A stretch of DNA of 64,000 nt from Eledone cirrhosa (GCA_964016885.1 OZ024745.1:85312001-85376000); one strand, 5' to 3'. Shown: positions 1 to 14,389, numbered from the stretch's first letter. The notes: generated by a model not told the origin, from the sequence alone. Made by a program: numbers and translations.

Positions 1-172
1 CATCATTTAATAGAATCGACAAAAAATGAACAATAAAATTAACTGGTCAATAGCTAGGTCTAGAGCTAAATATAGTAGAATAATCGAGTATCGAAAAATC
101 GGCGCACGAGTTCACGATAAACAAAATTCGATATGAGCGGCAGAGGGCTCAATAATTTAGATAAATCAGAGC
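1..172 (+). repeat. Diverged fragment related to the 580-bp tandem repeat at 48-50 kb
   Basis: Shares AAAATTAACTGGTCAATAGCTAG and colinear downstream similarity (TCGAG...CACGA...GCTCAAT) with the units at 47993-50192. Confidence 0.6.
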
Positions 173-761
173 TATATATATATATATATATAATATATAT
201 AATATATATAATATATATATAATATATATATATATACTATATATATATATAATATATATATATATATTATATATATATTATATATATATATATATATAAT
301 ATATATATATATATATAATGTATATATATTATATATATATATAATATATATATATATATAATATATATATATATAATATATATATATATATAATATATAT
401 ATATAATATATATATATGTATATAATATATATATTATATATATATAATATATATATATATATAATATATATATATATAATATATATATATATAATATATA
501 TATATATATAATATATATATATAGATAATATATATATATATGTATAATATATATATATATATAATATAGGTATATATAATATATATATGTGTATAATATA
601 TATATAGAAATATATAATATATATATAATATATATATATGTATAATATATATATATACATAATATATATATATATATATAATATATATATATGTATAATA
701 TATATATATATATAATATATATTTAATATATATATATGTATAATATATATATATATACATA

Positions 762-792
<31 letters not shown>
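173..792. repeat. Interrupted (TA)n microsatellite
   Basis: Directly visible; source of spurious YI-rich ORFs. Confidence 0.97.
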
Positions 793-816
793 ATATTTAT
801 TAAAATAACAGATTAA

Positions 817-867
817 AGTTTAAGCAAAGAATCGCTGCTTTCACCCTTAACGGGATCTTCTGAAACT
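817..867 (-). ncRNA. Type I hammerhead-like motif, variant core CAGAAGA
   Basis: AGTTT-CAGAAGA-tCCC gttaa GGGt-GAA-AGCAG..TTGCT-T-AAACT; all three stems can pair. Confidence 0.55.
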
Positions 868-1017
868 AACAAAGTCAATCTGTAAACGCAGAACTGGATA
901 TTTCAAAAAACGTTGCGTTCTTTGTAGAAATATTCAGATGTTGTTTCTGCATGATGAATACAAAGAACGCAACGTTTTTTGAAATATCCAGTTCTGCGTT
1001 TACAGTTTGACTTGGTT

Positions 1018-1068
1018 AGTTTCAGAAGATTCCGTTAAGGGTGAAAGCAGCGATTCTTTGCTTAAACT
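1018..1068 (+). ncRNA. Type I hammerhead-like motif, variant core CAGAAGA
   Basis: Inverted copy of 817-867; stem II is tcc/ggg with a G.U pair. Confidence 0.55.
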
Positions 1069-1189
1069 TTAATCTGTTATTTTAATAAATATTTGCTCTT
1101 CGGTTCTTATTTTATCTGATATATATTTTCCTTATCGAACCCTCTCTGGATTTTAGTCTTCAATTTTATTATTATTACTATATATATAT

Positions 1190-1303
<114 letters not shown>

Positions 1304-1523
1304 ATTAAGTTAAAAATGTACATCCACATATGTATACTGAAATACTGGTATGCATATGAATACACACACGTATACATATGTAGATGTACCGAGTTTTTCA
1401 CTGGTCACTTTACTGTGAGTGTCCAGCTATTCTGTATGTAAACACACAGACAAACCGGTTTTTAGAGTCATACTGTTTTTTTAGGAAACACCTTTCCTCT
1501 ATTCTCCAGAAAGCCAGACAAGG

Positions 1524-1568
1524 AATATTGAACTAGTTTCGATGTTGTTACATCTCATCAGCAATATT
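1524..1568 (-). ncRNA. Minimal type I hammerhead ribozyme (family A)
   Basis: AATATTG-CTGATGA-GATGT aaca ACATC-GAA-ACTAGT-T-CAATATT. Confidence 0.9.
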
Positions 1569-1989
1569 TACCTATCTTCCGGCCTCTCTAGAGAATCGTA
1601 AAAGCACATATCGTTATATGCTTTTTCTATGAAAATTAGTAGTGGGCAGACTAATTTGCATAGAGCATGAGTACGTACCGGTTCAACGGAGACGATAAAA
1701 ACAAATAACGAAACGAAATCAAACTTCGCTTCGCTTGCAACTCACTTTTGTATGACTGACGCTTAAACAATTAAGTTAAAAATGTACATCCACATATGTA
1801 TACTGAAATACTAGTATGCATATGAATACACACACGTATACATATGTAGATGTACCGAGTTTTTCACTGGTCACTTTACTGTGAGTGTCCAGCTATTCTG
1901 TATGTAAACAACCAGACAAACCGGTTTTTAGAGTCATACTGGTTTTTTAGGAAACACCTTTCCTCTATTCCCCAGAAAGCCAGACAAGG

Positions 1990-2034
1990 AATATTGAACT
2001 AGTTTCGATGTTGTTACATCTCATCAGCAATATT
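1990..2034 (-). ncRNA. Minimal type I hammerhead ribozyme (family A)
   Basis: Identical to 1524-1568. Confidence 0.9.
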
Positions 2035-2530
2035 TACCTATCTTCCGGCCTCTCTAGAGAATCGTAAAAGCACATATCGTTATATGCTTTTTCTATGAAA
2101 ATTAGTAGTGGGCAGACTAATTTGCATAGAGCATGAGTACGTACCGGTTCAACGGAGACGATAAAAACAAATAACGAAACGAAATCAAACTTCGCTTCGC
2201 TTGCAACTGGACACTCACAGTAAAGTGACCAGTGAAAAACTCGGTACATCTACATATGTATACGTGTGTGTATTCATATGCATACTAGTATTTCAGTATA
2301 CATATGTGGATGTACATTTTTAACTTAATTGTTTAAGCGTCAGTCATACAAAAGTGAGTTGCAAGCGAAGCGAAGTTTGATTTCGTTTCGTTATTTGTTT
2401 TTATCGTCTCCGTTGAACCGGTACGTACTCATGCTCTATGCAAATTAGTCTGCCCACTACTAATTTTCATAGAAAAAGCATATAACGATATGTGCTTTTA
2501 CGATTCTCTAGAGAGGCCGTAAGATAGGTA

Positions 2531-2575
2531 AATATTGCTGATGAGATGTAACAACATCGAAACTAGTTCAATATT
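2531..2575 (+). ncRNA. Minimal type I hammerhead ribozyme (family A)
   Basis: 7-bp stem I, canonical CUGAUGA/GAAA core, 5-bp stem II, palindromic stem III ACTAGT, GUU site. Confidence 0.9.
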
Positions 2576-2995
2576 CCTTGTCTGGCTTTCTGGGGAATAG
2601 AGGAAAGGTGTTTCCTAAAAAACCAGTATGACTCTAAAAACCGGTTTGTCTGTGTGTTTACATACAGAATAGCTGGACACTCACAGTAAAGTGACCAGTG
2701 AAAAACTCGGTACATCTACATATGTATACGTGTGTGTATTCATATGCATACTAGTATTTCAGTATACATATGTGGATGTACATTTTTAACTTAATTGTTT
2801 AAGCGTCAGTCATACAAAAGTGAGTTGCAAGCGAAGCGAAGTTTGATTTCGTTTCGTTATTTGTTTTTATCGTCTCCGTTGAACCGGTACGTACTCATGC
2901 TCTATGCAAATTAGTCTGCCCACTACTAATATTCATAGAAAAAGCATATAACGATATGTGCTTTTACGATTCTCTAGAGAGGCCGGAAATAGGTA

Positions 2996-3040
2996 AATAT
3001 TGCTGATGAGATGTAACAACATCGAAACTAGTTCAATATT
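2996..3040 (+). ncRNA. Minimal type I hammerhead ribozyme (family A)
   Basis: Same motif as 2531-2575. Confidence 0.9.
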
Positions 3041-3461
3041 CCTTGTCTGGCTTTCTGGAGAATAGAGGAAAGGTGTTTCCTAAAAAACCAGTATGACTCT
3101 AAAAACCGGTTTGTCTGTGTGTTTACATACAGAATAGCTGGACACTCACAGTAAAGTGACCAGTGAAAAACACGGTACATCTACATAAGTATACGTGTGT
3201 GTATTCATATGCATACTAGTATTTCAGTATACATATGTGGATGTACATTTTTAAGTTAATTGTTTAAGCGTCAGTCATACAAAAGTGAGTTGCAAGCGAA
3301 GCGAAGTTTGATTTCGTTTCGTTATTTGTTTTTATCGTCTCCGTTGAACCGGTACGTATTCATGCTCTATGCAAATTAGTCTGCCCACTACTAATTTTCA
3401 TAGAAAAAGCATATAACGATATGTGCTTTTACGATTTTCTAGAGAGGCCGGAAGATAGGTA

Positions 3462-3506
3462 AATATTGCTGATGAGATGTAACAACATCGAAACTAGTTC
3501 AATATT
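3462..3506 (+). ncRNA. Minimal type I hammerhead ribozyme (family A)
   Basis: Same motif as 2531-2575. Confidence 0.9.
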
Positions 3507-3800
3507 CCTTGTCTGGCTTTCTGGAGAATAGAGGAAAGGTGTTTCCTAAAAAACCAGTATGACTCTAAAAACCGGTTTGTCTGTGTGTTTACATACAGAA
3601 TAGCTGGACACTCACAGTAAAGTGACCAGTGAAAAACTCGGTACATATACATATGTATACGTGTGTGTATTAATATGCATACTAGTATTTCAGTATACAT
3701 ATGTGGATGTACATTTTTAACTTAATTGTTTAAGCGTCAGTCATACAAAAGTGAGTTGCAAGCGAAGCGAAGTTTGATTTCGTTTCGTTATTTGTTTTTA

Positions 3801-3850
3801 TATATATATATATATATAATATATATATATATATATAATATATGTAAATG

Positions 3851-3889
<39 letters not shown>

Positions 3890-4022
3890 TTATAATATAT
3901 ATATACATGTATAATATATATATATACATAATATATATATTATATATATATATTATATATATATATATATATAATATATATATATATATAATATATATAT
4001 GTATAATATATATATATACATA

Positions 4023-4054
<32 letters not shown>

Positions 4055-4418
4055 TATATATTATATATATATATATAATATATATATTATATATATATGT
4101 AATATATAAATATAATATGTATATATAATATATATATATATATAATATATATATATAATATATATATATGTGTATAATATATATATATACATAATATATA
4201 TATATATATATTATATATATATATATGCAAAAGTTTTATTTAAAATATAGTTTCCATTTGTTTAATATCGTATAAATATATATATATATATATATATATA
4301 ACTATATATATATATATATATAATATATATATATATAATATATGTATATGTATAACATATATATATATATATATATAATATATATATACATTTATAATAT
4401 ATATATATATACATAATA

Positions 4419-4460
<42 letters not shown>

Positions 4461-4831
4461 TATATATATATAATATATATATGTATAATATATATATATA
4501 CATAATATATATATATATATAATATATATATATATTATATATATATATAATATATATATAATATATAAATAATATATATATGTAATATATAAATATAATA
4601 TATATATATAATATATATATATATAATATATATATATAATATAAAATATAATATATATATATATAATATATATATATATATTATATATATAATATATAAA
4701 TATATATATATAAAATATATATATATATCTAATATATATATATAATATATAAATATATATAATATATATAATATATATATATAATATATAAATATATATA
4801 ATACATATATATAATATATATATATATATAT

Positions 4832-4862
<31 letters not shown>

Positions 4863-4990
4863 ATATATAAATATATATAATATATATATATAAATAATAT
4901 ATATATTTATAATATATATAGATATAATAAATATATATAGATATAATATATATATATAATATATATATATAATTTATATATATATAATAT

Positions 4991-5022
<32 letters not shown>

Positions 5023-5285
5023 ATATATATATATAATATATATATATATAATATATATATATAATATATTATATATATATATATAATAAATCTATATATA
5101 TAATATATATATATATATAATATATATATATAATATATATATATATAATATGTATATATATAATATATATATATATAATATATATATATAATAAATATAT
5201 ATATATATTATATATATATACAATATATATATATAATATATATATATAATATATATATATAATATATATATAATATATATATATA

Positions 5286-5316
<31 letters not shown>

Positions 5317-5424
5317 TATTTAATATATATATATAATATATATATATATAATATATATATATATAATATATATATATACTATATAATATATATATATACT
5401 ATATAATATATATATTTATAATAT

Positions 5425-5479
<55 letters not shown>

Positions 5480-5944
5480 TATATATATAATATATATAAT
5501 TTATATATACAATATATATAATGTATATATAATATATATATAATATATATATATATATAATATATAAATATATATAATATATATATATAAATAATATATA
5601 TATATATAATATATATATATATAATAAATATATATAGATATCATATATATATGTAATATATATATATAATATATATATATATAATATATATATATATAAT
5701 ATATATATATATATATAATATATATATATAATATATATATATATATAATATATATATATAATATATTTATATATATATATAATAAAACTATATATATAAT
5801 ATATATATATATATAATATATATATATAATATATATATATAATATATATATATATATAGTATATATATATATAATATATATATATATAATATATATATAT
5901 ATATATAATATATATATATAATATATATATAATATATATATATA

Positions 5945-5975
<31 letters not shown>

Positions 5976-6095
5976 TATTTAATATATATATATAATATAT
6001 ATATATATAATATATATATATAATATATATATATACTATATATATATAATATATATATATATATATTATATATTTATAATATATATATATAATAT

Positions 6096-6127
<32 letters not shown>

Positions 6128-6549
6128 ATATATAAATATATATAATATATATATATAAATAATATATATATATATAATATATATATATATAATAAATATA
6201 TATAGATATAATATATATATGTAATATATATATATAATATATATATATATAATAGATATATATATATATAATATATATATATAATATATATATATATAAT
6301 ATATATATATAATATATATATATATATATAATAAATCTATATATATAATATATATATATATATAATATATATATATAATATATATATATATATAGTATAT
6401 ATATATATAATATATATATATATAATATATATATATATAATATATACATATAATAAATATATATATATATTATATATATATATAATATATATATAATATA
6501 TATATATATATAATATATATATATAATATATATATAATATATATATATA

Positions 6550-6580
<31 letters not shown>

Positions 6581-7168
6581 TATATTTAATATATATATAT
6601 AATATATATATATATAATATATATATAATATATATATAATATATATATATATATAATATATAAATATATATAATATATATATATTTTATATATATATATA
6701 TAATATATAAATATATAATTTATAAATATATATAAATAATATATATATATAATATATATATATATAATATATATATAATATATATATATAATATATATAT
6801 ATATTTAATAATATATATATATAATATATATATATATATAATATATATATATAATATATATATATAATATATATATTATATATATATATAATATATATAT
6901 ATAATATATATAGTATATATACATATAATATATATATATATAATTATATATATATTATATATATTTATATATAATATATATATATATAATATATATATAT
7001 ATAATATATATATAATATATATATTATATATATATATAATATATATATATAATATATATAGTATATATATATGTAATATATATATATATAATTATATATA
7101 TATTATATATATTTATATATAATATATATATATTTATGATATATATATAATAAATATATAATATATAT

Positions 7169-7240
<72 letters not shown>

Positions 7241-8138
7241 TATGTATAATATATATATAAATATGTAAATACATATAATATATATAATATATATATATAA
7301 TATATATATTATATAATATATAAATATATATAATATATATATATATAATATATTAATATATATATATAATATATAAATATATATATGTAACATATATATA
7401 TAATATATATAATATATATATATATAGTATATATATATAATATATATATATATTATATATATATATATATAATATATATATATATATAATATATATTTAT
7501 AATATATATATATATAGTATATATATATAATAAATATATATATTATATAAATATATAATATATATATATAATATATATATATATTATATATATATCTATT
7601 ATATCTATATATTATATATATATATTATATATATATATATTATATATATATATATATAATATATATATATATAATATATATATGATATATATATATAATA
7701 TATATATAATATATATATAATATATATAATATATATATATATATAATATATATATATATAATATATATGTAATCTATATAATATATATATATATATATAA
7801 TATATATATATATATAATATATATATTATATATATATATTATATATATATTATATATATATATATTATATATATATATTATATATATATATATATATTAT
7901 ATATATATATATTATATATATATTTATTATATATATATATATTATATATATATATTATTTATATATATATATTATATATATTTATATATTATATATATAT
8001 ATATATTATATATATATTATATATACATTATATATATTGTATATATAAATTATATATATTATATATATATATATATTATATATATTATATATACATAATA
8101 TATATATTATATAAATATTATATATATATTATATATAT
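3801..8138. repeat. ~4.3-kb interrupted (TA)n array; contains a ~45-bp PLE-type terminus at ~4227-4273 matching 33219-33244
   Basis: Directly visible; TAGTTTCCATTTGTTTAATATCGTATA occurs at both sites. Confidence 0.95.
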
Positions 8139-8998
8139 GGAAAAAATGAAACGATATTTCATTTCCCACTCTTAGTACGGCTGTTACTTAAATATAAGTA
8201 TGTACACGTACATACATATATGTATACCGACGTACAGTAGTATGTATATATATATATACATACATGCACACATATATATACGCACGTATGGATTCACCGA
8301 ATATTCATTATAATGCTCGGTGTGTTTGTAAACAAACATCCCGTATTAAGCCTTAGTGTCTAGCAACCACAGTTGCTCGTTTGTTCAACACTGACAAAGG
8401 AACGCTGTACTAGTTTCAAGCTTGTTAGCTATCGTCAGCAACGTATACCTTCCTGCTAGATTGTTGAACGTATATAATTACCTTATGCATATTAACGGCT
8501 GAGTAGCCCAATTTGCATATCGAGTGGGTTAATCGGCCGGGTGCACCGTAAACGATAACCGGAAAAAATGAAACGATATTTCATTTCCCACTCTTAGTAC
8601 GGCTGTTACTTAAATATAAGTATGTACACGTACATACATATATGTATACCGACGTACAGTAGTATGTATATATATATATACATACATGCACACATATATA
8701 TATATGCACGTATGGATTCACCGAATATTCATTATAATGCTCGGTGTGTTTGTAAACAATCGGTGAATCCATACGTGCATATATATATGTTCCTTTTGTC
8801 AGTGTTGAACAAACGAGCAACGGTGGTTGCTAGACACTACGGCTTAATACGGGATGTTTGTTTACAAACACACCGAGCATTATAATGAATATTCGGTGAA
8901 TCCATACGTGCATATATATATGTGTGCATATATGTATATATATATATACATACTACTGTACGTCGGTATACATATATGTATGTACGTGTACATACTTA
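8139..8998 (-). mobile_element. Retrozyme-like family B: 422-bp unit plus a partial tandem unit and inverted pieces (8760-8998)
   Basis: GGAAAAAATGAAACGATATTTC recurs at 8139 and 8561; contains an HHR; dispersed copies at 45.3, 54.9 and 56.7 kb. Confidence 0.75.
8402..8444 (-). ncRNA. Minimal type I hammerhead ribozyme (family B)
   Basis: ACGTTG-CTGACGA-tAGCT aaca AGCTt-GAA-ACTAGT-A-CAGCGT. Confidence 0.8.
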
Positions 8999-9046
8999 TA
9001 TTATATATATATTATATATAAATATATTATATATATATATATATAA

Positions 9047-9231
9047 TTGTTTCTACTTTAGGCACAATGCCAGCAATTACCAGTGCATTACTGGTACTTT
9101 ATTTTATCGACCCCGTAAGGATGAAAGGCAAAATCAACCTCGGCGGGATTTGAACTCAGATGGTAAAGGGACGTAACTATGCTGGAAAGCATGGCGTCCG
9201 ACCCTCTACCGATACTGCCAATCCAGCGCTC
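9047..9231 (-). mobile_element. tRNA-derived SINE (family 1), near full length
   Basis: Minus strand: A-box-like TGGCAGTATCGGTAG, B box GAGTTCAAATCCC, central GCCTTTCATCC..GGGGTCGATAAAATAAAGTACCAG domain; four more partial copies in the window. Confidence 0.85.
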
Positions 9232-9253
9232 TTATATATATATATATAATATA

Positions 9254-9291
<38 letters not shown>

Positions 9292-9526
9292 CCTATATAT
9301 ATATATATATTATATATATATATATTATATATTATATATATATTATATATATATATTTTATATCTATTATATATATATTATATATATATATTATATATAT
9401 ATAATATATATATTATATATATATTATATATATATATATATTATATATATACTATATATATATTATATATATATAATATATATATTATATATATATATAT
9501 GATATATATATTATATATATATATAT

Positions 9527-9562
<36 letters not shown>

Positions 9563-9620
9563 TATATATATATATATTATATATATATTATATATATATA
9601 TTATATATATATATATATAT

Positions 9621-9756
9621 CGCTGCCATATCCTGCATCTCCAACAGACCAGTGTCTGTCCTTAGGGCATCAACATATGTTAACCTAGGTAATGAGGGAC
9701 AGAGACCGCTGGAGAGAACTCGTCCATGGATCTCGGGAATTTTACCCGCCTTAGAT
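9621..9756. mobile_element. RTE-clade LINE 3' end with 5' inversion
   Basis: 9621-9688 is an inverted match and 9690-9756 a direct match to the RTE fragment at 45005-45262. Confidence 0.8.
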
Positions 9757-9773
9757 ATATATATATATGCATA

Positions 9774-9907
<134 letters not shown>

Positions 9908-9922
9908 TATATATATATATAT

Positions 9923-10460
9923 AACATCTAGTCGAGAGGGTAATCATGATGTTTAGCGGGAATTTTAAATATTTCCTTTTTCGATAACTTTCTGAATAAC
10001 CGCCTGGGACCGGGGTTATTTCCCTTACCGGAATTAGCACGTGATAATTATAGATTCGATTAGCAGCTTATTGCAGCAACATATAATTTATCACTTCCAT
10101 CCCAGGATGAACGATAAACTTGTTGAAAAATTGAATCCAACGTTCGGTCGTCAATTGCCAGGAGCTTGCATCTCAAGTAAGTCGGATATTTGATTTTGGA
10201 TTCAGAGAAACACTTTAAACGTGTATTCGTCTAATTTGTCCAGGTATACTTTTCTCAACCTGATTAGTGCTATCATTGCTCTGGTATACATATTGTGTGT
10301 TAGTTTAGCCTACCACAATGTTCGATTTGTCAAGCATTTTAAACGTATGTTATTACTCTAAGGACCTATCTTATCGAGTGCTTTGCTAACTCATCATTTC
10401 ATATAAGTAGGCCGAATTCACTTGCAAACCGCCAGAGATTCGATTTTACTGATTTCAAAT
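9923..10460. repeat. Unclassified non-coding segment; last ~123 bp duplicated in inverted orientation at 18121-18243
   Basis: 10338-10460 is the reverse complement of 18121-18243 with about 3 mismatches. Confidence 0.7.
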
Positions 10461-10584
<124 letters not shown>

Positions 10585-10610
10585 ATATATATATATATAA
10601 TATATATATC

Positions 10611-10696
<86 letters not shown>

Positions 10697-10909
10697 TATT
10701 TGGTGAGGGTCATATTTGCGTAATATTGCCAGAATTAATAACAGAACACACTCACTGTTTGGTTGGTTTTCGCTTCTCGCTGTCTTTTATATATATATAT
10801 CTGCGATCTAACTTACTCGGTCCTCAATGTTGCCATTGACTGACCGGCGGTCAAAAATAATACAGATACAATATAGACAAACACATATATATATAGTTTA
10901 CATAATCTA

Positions 10910-10947
10910 CATAAATCTTTCGTTGCACATCTGCAACATCGTCAGTG
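10910..10947 (-). ncRNA. Minimal hammerhead-like motif in PLE1 pLTR
   Basis: CA-CTGACGA-t-GTTGCA gatg TGCAAC-GAA-AGATTT-A-TG; stem I only 2 bp. Confidence 0.6.
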
Positions 10948-11225
10948 GTGTTATATTCATTGTTCCTCCTGTTGTGTTGTATGTCTACGCCATTTTTTTT
11001 TTTTTGTTCAGTCTGTCTATATATTTATTTATTTATTTGCTTGTTTGTTTATCTTATTTTATTTTGTCTTCTTTGCGCATGCGTTTGCGTGTGTGTATAG
11101 TGTTATGTGTGATGTGTGACTAGTGTGTATAGTGTTGTGTCTGCTGGGTGACTAGTGTGTGTTTATGTGCTTGTGTATGTATTTATTTATCTTATTTTAT
11201 TTAATTTAATTTACTTATTTATTTA

Positions 11226-14200
11226 TACTTCTCTTAGGTCAGTGTTGTTTGTTTGGGTGTTGTTGTTGTTCCACTCATTCTTTCTGTTTAGCTTTGGTCT
11301 TCTAATTTCTATTTCACTGGCCTCTCTGATTTGCCTATCTGCTGGGTCATTCCTATGTTTAGATATTATTCTAATTTCTATGTTGTCTATGTTACCGTCA
11401 TGTTGTTGTCTAGCATGTTCGTATAGTACTGACCCGTTTTTTCGTCCTTTTAGTTCCCCCCAGTGTTGGTCTATCCTTTCACCTATGCTACGAGCTGTCT
11501 CACCTATGGTATGTTGTTATCGTGTTTCTGCAAGTACCCTCTGTACATCTTATGCTATAGACTACGTTTCTAGTTTTACAGTTTATCCGGGGGTTCACCT
11601 TACATATGATACATTTCCTATTGGTACAGTGGGTTTTCTTAAAAGGGTAGGTTTTGCTGATCAGGGATTTTATGGTGGTTCCTGGCTTTTCTACCACCTT
11701 TATTTTTAAGTGGGTCTTTCTCAGGGCCTTTCTACACTGGTTAGCTAATTTCCCTCCAGGGGTGGCGTCCACAAACATGACACTCTGATATCTCTGGTTG
11801 TCGTACCATGATGTGGCCTTCCCTATCTTATGTCTAGCCCTATCTAAGCTATTCCATGATTTGCTCCTGTATAGTGGGCAAATTCCTTTCATGTCCAGTT
11901 CTATGAGGGTCTTATACTTTTCCATGGCTCCTTCGTATACTCTGACTCTGTCTCTTTGGTTGTAGCCAGAGAACTGCATGCGGTTGATGAAGTGTTGGAT
12001 GTGTCCTTCCATTTCTGTTGGGTCGCACATGCTGGACACATTCTTCATCACTCGTACCAAATCTGCGATCAGAATATTAAACTTAGCACTACTGGACATT
12101 GCTGAGTTTTTGAGTATCAGGTATTTGGAGGCCATGGGTTTAGCATAGTGTGAGTGGAGAATTTGGGCTCTCTCGTCTATAGTGTTAATCCAGAGTTCTG
12201 TGTCTAATACAGGTAGTCTATTGTTAGGGTGTTTGGAAGGGAAGTCTATAGTTACAGTTATACTCTGGTGTATGGAATTAGCTATCTGCTGGATGCTTTC
12301 CATCGTGCTACGTTCTAAATCAAACTTGTTAGTGCTCTCTAGTGGGGGTGTTCTTATAACTATATTGATATCGTCTACATAACGAGAGTACATGATGAGG
12401 TCTATGGAGCTTTCATTAAGGAGATCTTTAAGTCTCCTTTCCCACCATACCATGAAAAGGTTGGCAACATCACCAGCTATGCTGACGCCGATGGCTGCTC
12501 CCTCATTTTGGGTGTAGATTTTCTCATTGAACTTAAATATGTGGCCCTTTAGGGTAGTTTTGATACTAGCCCCTATTGCATGTGCGACCATTTTTCTTAC
12601 CTGATCAGTGTTTTGGGGGGTCCGTATAGCTTTGGTCCACCCAATCCACCTTCCTATGGGAGTCTTTTTAGCCATTGAGGTTATGGTGGGGGGTCTACCT
12701 CTTATAGGTCTACTAGGGCAGAAACATCTAAGGTCATGGCTGTCTAGGTAGTCAGTGTCGTAGGTAAGTCTAAGTAGGAGGCCCAGTTCGTCTGTGTCGA
12801 CGTCGCAGAACTCCACCTCACTCTCAATGATCATCTCCACACATCTTTTCACAGCAAAATCAATGTTAATGGATGGGTACAGTGACACCACATCCATGCT
12901 GCCTATTATGCAGTTGGATAGGCTCCTGTTTTTGTTGCACTCACTGATTCTGCTGAGGAGGTCCTCTGTACTTTCACATACATCTGGGGACATCTTGATT
13001 ATGGGGCGTATAACCATTGAGAGGAAGTAGGAGATCCTGTAGTTGCTAGCTATATTAGCTCCGCATACGGGTCTTGTTGGTGGTCCTGATGTCGGGTCGT
13101 CGACTGTCTTGTGGTCTTTGCGGAGCCCATACAAGGGTGGTATGCCATTGTTAGACGCCTGGAAGTTGTTGGCAGTGCGTCTGCTTGGCTTTAGGATGTC
13201 AGTCCACATCATCATGTGAGCGTTGAGGATTTTTTCTCTCCCATCGTGTGTTAGTTGTGCAACTTCGCTCGTGTTGGTGATGTGGGGTTGCATTGCCTCG
13301 ATGTAGTTCGGCATGCTATCTATTGACATCCTACCAGACTTATCTGTGGGTAGACACACTACCTCACCATCCCTTGTGCGCTGCTTGAGGCTAACCAAGC
13401 CTTCTACAGGTTTTATCCCAAGTTGTTGGGCCTCTGGTCTGCTCTGTCTCATAGTGTACCTGTCTACTACTTGTCTAATCTTATTTCTAGCTATAGTGAA
13501 CTGTGCCTCCGTCTCGTCATCTATTTGCTGTGGTATGCAAACTCTTTTATTAAAGGGTAACCTCGTAGGATAGATATTACCCATCTTATATGTTTTGTCA
13601 GCTGGGTTGAAAAATAGTTTCTCTAAGGGGTTGTGGTTATTTCTATCGTCATAGTTGTGTGTGTTGCTATTATTGTTATCATGGTGGTTGTTGTTGTTTC
13701 TATCATTAGCATTAATATTATTATTGTTATGATTGCTAGATGTATTGTTGTTTACTTCACCGTTATTGTTGTTGTTGTTACTGCTATTTCTACCATTGTG
13801 GTTGTTACTATTATTATGTTTCTTGTTTTTGTTGATGTTGCTACATGTACTATTTCCATTATTACCACTGTGGTTATTGTTGTTGTTGTTGTTCGTATTG
13901 TTACCGTTATTACTACTGTGGTCACTGTTGCTGTGTCTGTGGTTGGTTAACGTTTCTATTATTATTATTGTGGTTGTTGTTGTTCTGTCTATCGCTAGTA
14001 TTATTACCATTATCACTATTTCTCACTTTCCTGCCATTGTTATGGTTATGGCTGTTATTTCTATACCCAGAGTTATTGTTTATATTACTACTACCGTTAT
14101 TATTGTTGTTGTTGTTTACCTTTGCATTCCAACGTATTTTTGTGAAACACTTTTCCAGCTCCGTTTTGCATTCCATAGGGTTAATCTTTTTGTAGGTGGC

Positions 14201-14389
14201 AAATTTTGGTGGTAACTTTAGGATTTGTTGTTCTTGTTCACTGATTAAAGTGTTCCCATAGATATTTACTGTGTGGTCATTGGTAAATTCTTCCGGTAGT
14301 TTTACATCACTCATACGGATGTTGTCGATGTTATCTGGGTATTTTTGAGAATATTCGATTTTTCTTTCTTGTAGTTTTTTCTTATTCAT
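11226..14389 (-). pseudogene. PLE1 RT/GIY-YIG ORF with frameshifts near 13950-14000 and at ~11508
   Basis: ORFs 13922-14389 and 11500-14016 overlap in different frames; a +1 insertion changes TTYIGETAR to TTYHR* relative to the right copy. Confidence 0.85.

Larger units (their letters stand above)
793..1180. mobile_element. Fold-back PLE pseudo-LTR-like 3' end (inverted arms of ~134 bp at 793-926 and 959-1092)
   Basis: Arms are near-perfect reverse complements. The tail at 1100-1180 matches the reverse complement of 46136-46213, which is joined to a Hydra-type GIY-YIG fragment. Confidence 0.65.

Noticed and set aside
172-760. Long Tyr/Ile-rich ORFs here and throughout the window, and Cys/Val- or His/Thr-rich ORFs
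   Set aside because: They are translations of (TA)n and (TG)n microsatellites
9970-10400. ATGATGA and TTGACGA strings and a GAAATAACC..GGTTATT helix suggesting a hammerhead
   Set aside because: The core halves could not be joined into a consistent three-way junction
13633-14215. Hydrophobic Leu/Val-rich ORFs resembling membrane proteins (also 24110-24833)
   Set aside because: They are antisense frames of the Asn/Thr-rich low-complexity N-terminus of the PLE ORFs
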